DNA of 43,741 nucleotides from Octopus bimaculoides (Eukaryota): positions 114,957,716 to 115,001,456 of the forward strand of contig NC_068986.1 in assembly GCF_001194135.2 (NCBI RefSeq), written 5' to 3'. The stretch's first letter is position 1, and each line of letters opens with the position of its first letter. The notes beneath the pieces are model-generated. The model ran no database searches, was not told the DNA's origin, and was given only the letters and a program-made list of their open reading frames with translations. Below, one piece after another: positions 26,070-38,379 of this stretch. A program made the translations under genes and the position numbers.

Positions 26070-26627
26070 AATGCCCGGATGCAGTACCAGGCAGTGGCTC
26101 TCATGGCTTCTGATCTTAACTGATTGGAAGTGTTATCATGCACATTGTTTTGTCTTGGTATAAAAGATGGGCTACAGCAAATATCCTGCTCAATGCCACA
26201 GATTTGCTTGTCAGTTGTTTGACCTTAACCAGTTGAGCATGTCCCTTGGTGGCTGACAGTATGTGCATCACTGATCACGTGTAGGAGTAGTGGGGGAGTT
26301 TCATAGCCATATGTTGAGAGGAATTCTTTGGGGTTTGAATAATTCACCTTTGGAAACATGGGTGTTTTGTTCATCATCCTTAAAAAAGCTTTATTCTGGG
26401 ACCTTTTGAGCAGGATGGGCTACTCGACCTGAAGAAAATTCTAACTGGGCCCCACCTGCAAGGTCATGCACTGTTTATTTTGATATGAAATCACTATGTC
26501 GTGCACAAATGGTTGTGATGCATGTGCCTGGTGTACCCTTATTAGACGGGTAGTCATGATGGGTATATTGGGCTTCGTAAATTTGTACCCGAGTCACTTT
26601 GATGGCATTCGCTGCTCTCTTACTCAA
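26070..26627 (+). repeat. Unclassified insertion of about 560 bp between two (TAA)n tracts
   Basis: Complex sequence, GC-richer than its flanks, bounded by (AAT)n at 25946-26069 and 26627-26652; no ORF recognised. Confidence 0.5.
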
Positions 26628-26661
26628 TAATAATAATAATAATAATAATAATATTTGTCAA

Positions 26662-26876
26662 ATTTTCAAATTTTGCCACAAGGGCAACCATTTATGTGGG
26701 GAGGAGATAAGTCGATAACATCGACCCAGTACGCAACTGGTACTTAATTTATCGACCCCGACAGGATGAAAGACAAAGTCGTTCTCGGCGTAATTTGAAC
26801 TCAGAACTTAGCAACAGGCGAAATACAGCTAAGCAATTCGTCCGGCGCGCTAACGATTCTGCCAGCTCGCCGCCTT
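26662..26876 (-). mobile_element. SINE family A; a further tail fragment follows at about 26897-26955
   Basis: Family consensus match; TAA-type repeats on both flanks. Confidence 0.82.
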
Positions 26877-27448
26877 GTTATAATAATTATAATAATCCTT
26901 TCTATTATAAGCACAGGGCTTGAAACTTTGGTAGATTCCATCTACCTCAGTGATCAGATGGCCTTGCGGCTGGGGATTGGAGGGGGAAATAGGGGGGAAA
27001 AATCGAACTATCTTCCATTTAGGGGTGTCAGGATTTAAAGCTTAATGACAAAAACAAGAACTAACTGAACTGCTTGGTCAAACTATAAGAATATTTATCA
27101 ATGAGTTTGGAATGTCTTTCAGAATTGAATAAGAATTGAATAGTGTGCTATGATAGAGAGGAGGAGGAGGGAAACCCATAAAAAGTACTAGAATCGATCT
27201 CTCTAATGATGAGAATATAAAATCAATAAATGCAGAAGAAACATAAATTATCTGGAAATATTGGAAAGGGACAAAATCAAAAATAGAGAAATGAAGCAGA
27301 GCGTCGGTAAAGAATATTTTCGCAGAATGAAGATATTAAATTCCAAACTGAATGAAAGAAACATTATACAATCAGTCAACTTAAAGACAGCATTTCTAAT
27401 AAGGTATGGAGAAGGAATTATTGAATAGAAGAAGTATGAGCTGAAGGA

Positions 27449-27883
27449 TATTTTCTTTTCTACTCTAGGCACAAGGCTCGAAAATTTAGGGGAGTGGGAC
27501 AGTCGATTAGATCAACCCCAGTACGCGACTGGTACTTAACTTATTGACCCCGAAAGGATGAAAGGCAAAGTTGACCTCGGCGGAATTTGAACTCAGAACG
27601 TAACGACAGACGAAACACCGCTAAGCACTTCGCCCGGCGTGCTAACGTTTCTTATTTCTTTACTGCCCACAAGGGGCTAAACATAGAGTGGACAAACAAG
27701 GACAGACAAATGGATTAAGTCGATTACATCGACCCCAGTGCGTAACTGGTACTTAATTTATCGACCCCGAAAGGATGAAGGGCAAAGTCGACCTCGGCGG
27801 AATTTGAACTCAGAACGTAACGGACGACGAAATACTGCTAAGCATTTCGCCCGGCGTGCTAACGTTTCTGCCAGCTCGCCGCC
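27449..27883 (-). mobile_element. Tandem dimer of SINE family A with two different tails
   Basis: The 27651-27883 unit (tail ...agccccttgtgggcagtaaagaaataag) is joined to the 27449-27650 unit (tail type 1, missing about 15 nt of head). Confidence 0.85.
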
Positions 27884-27885
27884 AT

Positions 27886-28296
27886 GATGAGCAAAACAGA
27901 AGGATGTTGATAGAAAAATGAGGATGCATCTTACAGCGCAGAGAAGCATACATCCTTAATCAGATGCAGATCGAATAAACTAGTAAAGAGGAGAAAGAGG
28001 GAGAGGGTTAATGAGTGTGGATGGTGACTGGGAGGACAACACTTGTAATGAAAGATAGAAGAAAGGGGAATAATGTGGGAAACTACCGTCTCATAGCAAT
28101 GACACTTAAGAAAGTTAAGATGGGTTACCGATGAGGGAAGAAAGGCCCATCACTGAACCATTTTCTGTTTATGGATGATCTGAAATTGTTTGGGAAATCT
28201 GAAAAAGAGATAGATTCCTAAACCAGAACAGTCCAGAAGTGGGGTAGGGACATCGGTATGGAATATGGGTTCACCAAATGCTCAGTACTAATATGA
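27886..28296 (+). mobile_element. Scrambled Dong/R4-like RT fragments
   Basis: DVDRKMR..HP*SDADR...RGRGL, then KGNNVGNYRLI, then NHFLFMDDLKLFGKSE..GMEYGFTKC (FMDD at 28168-28179). Confidence 0.7.
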
Positions 28297-28657
28297 AAAT
28301 TATTTTTATAATTTGTATGTACATTTTTTATTATAAATGCAAAACAACACCACGGAGGAATCGGCGTAAGCTTAAATAATAAACCGTGATACGGCGAGGA
28401 ATTACTGTATTTCTCTACAGATTTTCCCATCCTTCATCATTGAAATATAACAGACTCTTAGTCCCGTCAGTAAGACGAAGTCAATCCCAGGATCATCTTT
28501 GAGATCGATAAAATAAAATACCAGTCAAACAATGGAATCATTGGAAGCGACTATACTCTCCTCCGAAAACATGTGACCTTCTGACTATACTAAAGATCAA
28601 TATAACGATATAAGAGATGCGAACGTTAAATAAAATAGCATTAACAAAGCGTGCGCA

Positions 28658-28688
<31 letters not shown>

Positions 28689-28769
28689 CTATGTGTGTAG
28701 GCGCGCACACGCACAAATAACACATACACACTCACACACGTACACACTTATATCGGACAGTAGACTTAC

Positions 28770-28970
28770 ACCAGGTAGAATTGCATTGTCCACATCCTTC
28801 ATAATGGCTTCCCATGTTTCTCCTCTGTAAGGAGCTTTGTTGGGAAGTAGCCGACGTAAATAACCGGGTTCAACTTGTGCTGTTACTTTGCGTACACTGA
28901 GGGTTTCCATATAGTCTGCGATATAGTCAACCATTTCTTTGCCTCTCTTTCGAAATTCACTGGAATCCAT
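28770..28970 (-). CDS. Tdc: Tyrosine decarboxylase-like (group II PLP decarboxylase), coding exon 1, 201 nt
   Basis: MDSSEFRKRGKEMVDYIADYMETLSVRKVTAQVEPGYLRRLLPNKAPYRGETWEAIMKDVDNAILPG followed by donor GTAAGT. This is the typical DDC/HDC/TDC N-terminus; RKVT..VEPGYLR resembles insect Tdc. Confidence 0.93.
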
Positions 28971-29116
28971 ATTACTTTATTAATTTTTGAATTAAAAATA
29001 TATTTGTATATATAAAAATACAATCCTCTCGAGAGACTAGCTCCGATTAATATGTCACCGGCTATCTTCTTGATTTCTCCCTTCTCTGCCGTTTGCTTCA
29101 AAGAAGTTGAGTTTTA
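28971..29116 (-). other. Tdc: Probable 5' UTR portion of the first coding exon, downstream of a strong splice acceptor
   Basis: Minus strand gttttctttgtttatttcAG (AG at 29118-29117). I see no ATG between the acceptor and the start codon. Confidence 0.55.
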
Positions 29117-29187
29117 CTGAAATAAACAAAGAAAACAAATTGTTAGAATAAAAATGATTAAAAACGGCAAGGAATCTATCTATCTAT

Positions 29188-29421
29188 CTTATTTCTTTAT
29201 TGCCCACAAGGGGCTAAACATAGAGGGGACAAACAAGGACAAACAAAGGGATTAAGTCGATTGCATCGACCCCAGTGCGTAACTGGTACTTAATTTATTG
29301 ACCCCGAAAGGATGAAAGGCAAAGTCGACCTCGGCAGAATTTGAACGCAGAACGTAACAGCAGCTGAAATACTGCTAAGCATTTCGCCCGGCGTGCTAAC
29401 AGTTCTGCCAGCTCACCGTCC
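29188..29421 (-). mobile_element. SINE family A, tail type 2, within a (TCTA)n tract
   Basis: Matches the 27651-27883 unit; TCTA repeats on both flanks. Confidence 0.85.
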
Positions 29422-29425
29422 TTTA

Positions 29426-29460
<35 letters not shown>

Positions 29461-29495
29461 GCGTATGCTTACATACATGCACACACACATATATA

Positions 29496-29552
<57 letters not shown>

Positions 29553-30001
29553 ACAGTGTGTGTGTCTGTGTTTGTGTGTGTTTGTGTGTATCAAGTCTTA
29601 CGGTGTAACATAATGTCCAGAAGAGGAAAATTTGTTTTTAATCCCTGTTATGTGTTCGATTTAACGTAAAGCGAAACAAAATTGAACCCAATTTCCTCGC
29701 AAAAAAATCTATGATAAATAAAGAAATATAGAAATACATTAAAAAATATTTCGAGGCACATTCCAGCCAAGTGAAGCACACATACGATATAGAATATAGA
29801 CTGTGGCTGGAACAATGCAATGCTTAGACTTGCGGTCGCCTTTTACCGTTCGTGAGAGACAGCGTTGATATGCAGCTGCGTCGGACGAGTGTACTAAATA
29901 CGAAGTTGTTTATGTTTGGTTTGTATTCTTTATTTTACAGGATGAATTAAAACTTTTACAAGGCCAAAGCAAAACTGTTCGATTCATGTTTTTTTTTGTT
30001 T

Positions 30002-30017
30002 TTAGCGCATGCGCTAA
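30002..30017. promoter_or_regulatory. Perfect 16-bp palindrome with an NRF1/Erect-wing-like core, about 1 kb upstream of the Tdc ATG
   Basis: TTAGCGCATGCGCTAA is its own reverse complement; the core GCGCATGCGC matches the known NRF1/EWG consensus. Confidence 0.35.
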
Positions 30018-30542
30018 CAGTATACAATTCAGCCGACAGATCCGCAAGAAATGAGTTTCTTTATCAAGTTATCAAACATTAGTAGGAATGGATCAAAAAC
30101 GTTCCATCTATGACCATGTAAGCCTTTTTTATGGAATCAGACATTTTTGAGACCAGAAAGAATGAATTTTGTCTTTTTATGAAACAAGATTGTTTCTTTC
30201 GTTCTTGCAAAATTCTTGATGTGAACTCGTGTGTTTGAAAAGTTTTGCTGTATCCCAAGGGTGGGTTATCATGTAAAAAATAAACACACGCACTGGTTCT
30301 ATTTCACTTCTTTATTTTTATTCGTCAATTAAGCTTTCTAGTTTGGCGTAAAATACCGCCGAAAGTAAAACAAAGAAATACAGATACAAGGTTGTATGAA
30401 ATTGTTCTTAGTTTTTATAAACATAAACTCTATCCAGTATCTGAGGAGGAAGACAGGGAGCTTTGTTCATATCAAATGAACTATGGGAAGCAGTATTTTG
30501 GAGGCATCATTTTTCTTTTATTTACAATAATAATCTTTTTCT

Positions 30543-30817
30543 GCGTGTATGTATGTATGTATGTATGTATGTATGTATGTATGTATGTATGTGTGTATGT
30601 ATGTATGTATGTATGTGTGTCTGTCTGTCTGTCTGTCTGTATGTATGTATGTATGTATGTGTGTATGTATGTATGTATGTATGTATGTATGTACGTATGT
30701 ATTATATATGTGCAGATTTGTATGTTTTATGTATGTATTCTCATGCATATAGTTACATATGTAGACATGCTCATATATACTCAAATGATAAACTTCTGGA
30801 AAGTTTTACAGATTTTT
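30543..30817 (-). repeat. Second copy of the 16793-17065 repeat, running into a gap
   Basis: Reverse complement aligns with 16793-16910, followed by (TACA)/(GACA) repeats. Confidence 0.85.
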
Positions 30818-31584
30818 ANNNNNNNNNNNNNNNNNNNNNNNNNNNNNNNNNNNNNNNNNNNNNNNNNNNNNNNNNNNNNNNNNNNNNNNNNNNNNNNNNN
30901 NNNNNNNNNNNNNNNNNNNNNNNNNNNNNNNNNNNNNNNNNNNNNNNNNNNNNNNNNNNNNNNNNNNNNNNNNNNNNNNNNNNNNNNNNNNNNNNNNNNN
31001 NNNNNNNNNNNNNNNNNNNNNNNNNNNNNNNNNNNNNNNNNNNNNNNNNNNNNNNNNNNNNNNNNNNNNNNNNNNNNNNNNNNNNNNNNNNNNNNNNNNN
31101 NNNNNNNNNNNNNNNNNNNNNNNNNNNNNNNNNNNNNNNNNNNNNNNNNNNNNNNNNNNNNNNNNNNNNNNNNNNNNNNNNNNNNNNNNNNNNNNNNNNN
31201 NNNNNNNNNNNNNNNNNNNNNNNNNNNNNNNNNNNNNNNNNNNNNNNNNNNNNNNNNNNNNNNNNNNNNNNNNNNNNNNNNNNNNNNNNNNNNNNNNNNN
31301 NNNNNNNNNNNNNNNNNNNNNNNNNNNNNNNNNNNNNNNNNNNNNNNNNNNNNNNNNNNNNNNNNNNNNNNNNNNNNNNNNNNNNNNNNNNNNNNNNNNN
31401 NNNNNNNNNNNNNNNNNNNNNNNNNNNNNNNNNNNNNNNNNNNNNNNNNGACTAATTCCATATAAAACCATTTCATTTGAAGTTTCTCTTTCTCATCCCA
31501 TCTCTCTCTGTCTGCATGTGTTTGTGTCTACCTTTAGTGTCAGATCACTCGTCGAAAATGGCTATCGCCTTGTACATACATAGG

Positions 31585-31619
<35 letters not shown>

Positions 31620-32449
31620 AGGATAATTTTATAACTTCGTCAAACCGAAGAGCAAAAATAAAAATAGGACTGCAGCTGGAAGTGCTCCGGTGACACCGAG
31701 GCGAAAGGAGAAATAAATTAAAAGGTATAATGAATAAACATTGCAATCGTGTATATGTGTTTATTTTATACTATTAGTTATTTCCAGTATAAAAGTATCT
31801 GTTAAAAACACGAAGATTAGTTATTTTATGAATCTGAGAAGGTTTTTAATAGCAAAGTGGGACTCACTATAAATATAATAGAATAAAAACAATGGAGGAA
31901 GGAAGGAAAGAAAGGCTAATACAAGGAATTTTGGCAATGAAACTTCGTGGATTGTTTTCAGGTGAATGGTTTCCTTCCAGGTCAGCGTTTGTATAGTTTG
32001 TCACATTTCCCGATGTTATTAAAATAATTATTAAATTTTTTTTATTTAAATGCATGACTTGGTAAATAAGAAATATTAAAAGGCCATTAAAATGTTACAT
32101 ATTAATTTCAAAATGAGATTAAAATATTTAAATATTAGTAATATGGGTAGTGAATGCGATGAAGACATTTGAGGGGTAAATGTAAAAATAAATGAGTGAA
32201 GGGGAATTATATTATTTATTAGAAGTATTACTAGTTTAGTGAAGTATATGAATAATTTACGTATGTTCTAACTAAAATTTACATCCCTATCCCCAGTTCA
32301 TACAAGATATGGCGGTAGATTTATGCTTTGTGCAATGTATTAAAGTTTATGTTAATGTTTGATGTAAGTTATTAAAAGGCATTGGCATTTATATGGTTTT
32401 AGAACGAGTGTTTTTTGTTTGGGGAAACTATAGATGGTAAATTGAGAAA

Positions 32450-33240
32450 TATTTATATGACGTGTATGTTTTATTTTGACGTGTAGTAATTTATTTCAAT
32501 TATTTTTCTTGAGAGAGTTTTGGTAATTAATATTTCGCATGTCTCTGCAGCGCATAAATTGCAAGGTTTTCTATGTTCACACCCGTATCTTGTTCAGTTG
32601 AGGATGATTAATGTTATCTAATATGATACATATCTATTTTTCAGAGTTCGTATATATGGGGATAACTATGTATCGTTACTTTTGTTGATTCTTAGGAAAT
32701 ATATGTGTTGTATTAATCAAAAGCAAGCTTTGAACGTGTTTAAAGTACGTCACACACACACACACACACGATAGCTATATATTTTGCATGTTTGTTGTTG
32801 AGATGCTGTAATTTGCAATGAATGTTGTTTTCTTTTAGCAAGAGACCTTTTGGCAACTAATATTTTGTAAGTTTCTTCGTTTACCATACCAAGAACTTGC
32901 AACTCAACGAAAATATGCATGTCAATATGTGCACTTGCGTGTCTTTGTGTGTGTGTGTGTGTGTGTGCGTGCACGCGCGCGTGCTTGTGTGATAGATTTG
33001 TAGATATTTCTGGAAGTATTTGAGTGAAGTTCGAACTGATTGAATAAGGCTATTTAACTGTATTCTTCTTCAAAATTTAATCATATCCTAGGGAGGATGA
33101 TGCATTTTGGGATTAGTTTGAAGAAGAACTTTTGAAGTCACGCCTGCTTTAGTAAACGGGTTATTGTACCAAATAATATTCCGTTTTCTATTTTTGCTTT
33201 CTTCAAACAAATATTCTATAAAAACATTTAAAAAAATAAC
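32450..33240 (-). mobile_element. Degenerate Penelope-like fragment
   Basis: RKRNIIWYNNPF (Penelope RKRNIIWFNPP-like motif) near 33155-33190; KPCNLCAAE..EIL near 32525-32570; many stops. Confidence 0.5.
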
Positions 33241-33298
33241 GCAACATGTTATAATGCCACTGCAGTAAACAATAGAAACCATGAAAATATTTCCTATA

Positions 33299-34058
33299 TG
33301 AGGTCTGATCTTGCCATAGTAACGAAGCTAAAGCACGTAGAGTGAAGCCGCTCGGCACAGATTGAACTTGAATTCTTCTGTGCATGCGCACTAAGTTTTA
33401 ACGTTCTAGCTCACTTTACTTGTTTACAGCAGTGCTTGGAAGGAAGGTGTGTAGCGTGTGATCGTGGTATTGACCATGGCAGAGAAAGTTGAGCAGAGAA
33501 TTTTGCCAAAAGAGGCTTACTCAAAGTTTTCAAAGATTTTTCATCGTTCTCGACACAATCAAGGCGATCTTGTGCAACTCAAACCCGAGTGTCTTTTTGG
33601 TCAGCTGAAAACAGTTTTGGCACAAATTTGGCTGACACGCGTCTTATACCCAAATCTTCAGTGATAATGGATTGAACTGAACCGTAACTATTTTGCACAT
33701 CCTCTGATGATGATTCGGTAATTTCCCCCTCACAGCACATGTACGATGTTTTTCTTAGTTCAACTGGTTGCGGGTCTCCCAGAACGTTTGTCACTATCGA
33801 CATTTTTTCGGCCATCTTGGAAACATCTGAACCACTCGTGCACTTGTGTGCGGCTCATACACTCCTGCCTATACACTTTCGTAGACCTCTGAGCAGGTAT
33901 CACCACAAAAACTTTCTCTGTCATGGTCAATGCCACGATAACACGCTACTCACCTTCCTTCCTGGTACTGCTGTAAACAGCGAAAGTGAACTAGAACGTT
34001 AAAACTTAATGTGCATGCACAGCAGAGTTCATGGTCAATCTTTGCCGATCAGACCTCG
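33299..34058. mobile_element. Mariner-derived element made of two facing left ends
   Basis: TA|TGAGGTCTGATC ... GATCAGACCTCG|TA. Plus strand MAEKVEQRI from 33476; minus strand MTEKV from 33924, then SYGSVQSIITEDLGIRRVSAKFVPKL (WVPH-like linker). Confidence 0.8.
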
Positions 34059-37000
34059 TATTGAAGTAAGTAAAACCTTGGTAACCTCCACTTATTCTAA
34101 AAGCACAAATTATTGGCTTTAAATAACACTGTAATAGCAGATGCTCACACAGACACAAAATGTCCGTGGTGAAACCTTTACTTAGAGGAACATTGAAATT
34201 TTTCTCCTCAAACGAAATACTACATAAAGAAATCCATAAAACAAAAGAAACTCTAACGAACAACGAGTATTCTAAACAAATGCACTAGGTCACATAACAA
34301 TGCAAACATAAATACTGAGCTATAAATACAGCAGCAGACACTAAGTGTACTAAAAATACACAAATCACACATATCGTGCACGGTATGAATGAAATGCATG
34401 TCGGCTGTGAAAAAAAAAAAATTCTAAAGCAGAACACAAAATGCTTTATACTGATTCATAATCTCACAGTAAAATATATATAAGATAAATAAACCTCTTT
34501 ATCAATAGTAATTCATAACTATTTATGCACGCAAACTGCTACTGCTGCTGCTGTTNNNNNNNNNNNNNNNNNNNNNNNNNNNNNNNNNNNNNNNNNNNNN
34601 NNNNNNNNNNNNNNNNNNNNNNNNNNNNNNNNNNNNNNNNNNNNNNNNNNNNNNNNNNNNNNNNNNNNNNNNNNNNNNNNNNNNNNNNNNNNNNNNNNNN
34701 NNNNNNNNNNNNNNNNNNNNNNNNNNNNNNNNNNNNNNNNNNNNNNNNNNNNNNNNNNNNNNNNNNNNNNNNNNNNNNNNNNNNNNNNNNNNNNNNNNNN
34801 NNNNNNNNNNNNNNNNNNNNNNNNNNNNNNNNNNNNNNNNNNNNNNNNNNNNNNNNNNNNNNNNNNNNNNNNNNNNNNNNNNNNNNNNNNNNNNNNNNNN
34901 NNNNNNNNNNNNNNNNNNNNNNNNNNNNNNNNNNNNNNNNNNNNNNNNNNNNNNNNNNNNNNNNNNNNNNNNNNNNNNNNNNNNNNNNNNNNNNNNNNNN
35001 NNNNNNNNNNNNNNNNNNNNNNNNNNNNNNNNNNNNNNNNNNNNNNNNNNNNNNNNNNNNNNNNNNNNNNNNNNNNNNNNNNNNNNNNNNNNNNNNNNNN
35101 NNNNNNNNNNNNNNNNNNNNNNNNNNNNNNNNNNNNNNNNNNNNNNNNNNNNNNNNNNNNNNNNNNNNNNNNNNNNNNNNNNNNNNNNNNNNNNNNNNNN
35201 NNNNNNNNNNNNNNNNNNNNTATATATATATAATTGAAAAAATTGGAGTTAACAAGAAGGAGTACGGTTAGACAGTTGTCTTTTAATAACTACAATTGTT
35301 TCCACCTAACGTAGAAATTACAGGTATTTGATTATGTAATTACAGGTACTTGTTTATGAAACTGTTTGTATAATGAGATCTAGCTGTGTTTCCTCAGGTG
35401 ATATTCAAGTGTTGTCTCCGTTAGTTTAAAATCTTCGACTTCAAGGCCACCCATCCACCCGTCTTGATTTGAATTTTGTTGTAGTAGTTAAGATTCATGT
35501 TGTTTGGTGCCAGAGTGTGTTTGTTGTACTGCTATGAGTGGCAGTGGATTGCTGTTTTGGTTCCAGCTGATCGATGATCTGTTCTGCATGGTTGACTGCA
35601 CATGCGAATTTTATTAGCTGACCTTCAATATTCAGTGGTCGGATACATACACACATACACACACACAGACTCACGCATACCCTCCCACACACAAACCAAC
35701 TTATGTATATATGCCTGTATACACACACGGATACGCTCACATATACATACATACACATACATTCGGATACATACACACATACACATAGACTCACATATAT
35801 CTCCACACACAAACAGACGTATGTACACACACACACACACACACACACACAGATATGCTCACATATACATGCAAACACATACATCACGTACACACGCATA
35901 TATCCATACATATATTTAGGCGTCTATATATACATACAAATACATACGTATACATATGTATACACATATTCATACACCGATCAGCACCTATACTTATACA
36001 CTTATATATACAACCTCTCGCAAATGCGGAAATATATACATTCTCACATACATACACATAGATAAGTGAGCAAACGTACCTATTTTGACTTATGCATACA
36101 CATAGCGAACAACGTGCATATTTATACACTCGTACCACCTATAAACACGGCCGCGCGCGCACATATACAATTTAAATATTTTATACAAACGACACACCTC
36201 ATTTTATATTCATATTTATGTCTGTATAAAACATTTAAATTGAATGGATTTATAATTGTTCAATTTATTGTTTTGTTTTCCATTTCTTATTTATATTTTT
36301 ATATATTAATAAACTGTATGTTTATTCCAATAGGTAATAAAAACCAGTTAATTCTTCGGATATTTAATATTACTTAGGTGATTTTTACACCTAGCTAAAT
36401 TGTTATATATATATATATATATATCTCGTTGTTCACCTATTTTCTACTTCCTCCCCTTTTTTTCCCTCTACCACTTTTTCTTCTTACCCCTCTTTCTCCT
36501 TACCCCTCGCTGGTCACATGTGTCCAGCCCTACTTCCTTTCTTATCTTGGCTATCGCCAAGCACGCACATGAACATTCTTCGTCCCGCTTCCTTCCAGCT
36601 CGTTGCTTCACAGCGTTCAATATACACACATTTTTTCACGTCTGGCCGTATAGCCTTTTTTGTTTATTTTCACATCTTCGTTTTCCTGACTTGTTTTCTG
36701 TCCTCCACTACATTCCTCCATGGTACAAATTTAGTTTGTGGTCCGTGGGAAGAGCCATTTTAACGATGCGTCCTGCCCTAACTCTTCGAAACGCCAGCTG
36801 ATGAAGGAAATGTTCTCTATGTGGCCTGTGTGTTTTCTGTACTCTGTTTATCATTTTGTCTACGTTTTGTTTCCAACGTCCTGTACCCAGATATGCATCT
36901 ATATATACAGGTAGATGTAGGTATGTACATACATGTACATATATATGCATATACTCATTTATTATTTTATATATATATATATATATNNNNNNNNNNNNNN

Positions 37001-37728
37001 NNNNNNNNNNNNNNNNNNNNNNNNNNNNNNNNNNNNNNNNNNNNNNNNNNNNNNNNNNNNNNNNNNNNNNNNNNNNNNNNNNNNNNNNNNNNNNNNNNNN
37101 NNNNNNNNNNNNNNNNNNNNNNNNNNNNNNNNNNNNNNNNNNNNNNNNNNNNNNNNNNNNNNNNNNNNNNNNNNNNNNNNNNNNNNNNNNNNNNNNNNNN
37201 NNNNNNNNNNNNNNNNNNNNNNNNNNNNNNNNNNNNNNNNNNNNNNNNNNNNNNNNNNNNNNNNNNNNNNNNNNNNNNNNNNNNNNNNNNNNNNNNNNNN
37301 NNNNNNNNNNNNNNNNNNNNNNNNNNNNNNNNNNNNNNNNNNNNNNNNNNNNNNNNNNNNNNNNNNNNNNNNNNNNNNNNNNNNNNNNNNNNNNNNNNNN
37401 NNNNNNNNNNNNNNNNNNNNNNNNNNNNNNNNNNNNNNNNNNNNNNNNNNNNNNNNNNNNNNNNNNNNNNNNNNNNNNNNNNNNNNNNNNNNNNNNNNNN
37501 NNNNNNNNNNNNNNNNNNNNNNNNNNNNNNNNNNNNNNNNNNNNNNNNNNNNNNNNNNNNNNNNNNNNNNNNNNNNNNNNNNNNNNNNNNNNNNNNNNNN
37601 NNNNNNNNNNNNNNNNNNNNNNNNNNNNNNNNNNNNNNNNNNNNNNNNNNNNNNNNNNNNNNNNNNNNNNNNNNNNNNNNNNNNNNNNNNNNNNNNNNNN
37701 NNNNNNNNNNNNNNNNNNNNNNNNNNNA

Positions 37729-38011
37729 ACTCGAATGTGGAATCTAAAAACAGAAACAATTCCTATCATAGTAGGTGCCTTAGGTATAATAAAAAAATAT
37801 TCAGACAAATACATAACAAAAACACCAGGACTTACAAATATATATAACATACAGAAAATTGCACTACTGGGTACTGCACACATTCTACGCAAAACACTTT
37901 CAATACAGTAAACATAAGAGCACCACAGCAAACCACAGCACATGCCCAAGGCGCACAGAGCTACGCTCGATAGTGAAGTGAAAGCACGTTATAAAAATAA
38001 AACTACTGAAC
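37729..38011 (+). mobile_element. Dong/R4-like LINE 3' end
   Basis: RMWNLKTETIPIIVGALGIIKK...IQKIALLGTAHILRKTLS*, homologous to the end of the 7602-9064 element; short 3' UTR, then (TAA)n at 38012-38077. Confidence 0.82.
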
Positions 38012-38024
38012 AATAATAATAATA

Positions 38025-38078
<54 letters not shown>

Positions 38079-38079
38079 T

Positions 38080-38305
38080 ACTTCGAAGTTGATATGCTGA
38101 TGTAGACCAAGCAACAACCCATCAGTAGCTAAGGAGTTCAGGATTGAAAGCAGAGAGTGAAGGTTTTATATTGGCGCCACAAGATCAAAGCTTGCTGACA
38201 GAACGATCCAGGCTAATCGACCAGACATAATTATCAAAGACGCGGAAGAAGATACTTGTAGACTAATAGATGTAAGTGTTCCTACTGATAAAAATATATC
38301 CCAGA
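38080..38305 (+). mobile_element. Dong/R4-like fragment with an internal deletion
   Basis: ADVDQATTHQ*LRSSGLKAESEGFILAPQDQSL joined to ANRPDIIIKD..TCRLIDVSVPTDKNIS. Confidence 0.75.
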
Positions 38306-38379
38306 GAATGTCACCCTTCTTATCTGTACCACTGGCTTTCTATTTATCACCAATATGCAACTTCCAACAACTGTATGTG

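Noticed and set aside
36770-36830. GAAACG...CTGATGAAGG resembling hammerhead parts
   Set aside because: The motifs are in the wrong order with only about 5 nt between them; no stems I or III can form.
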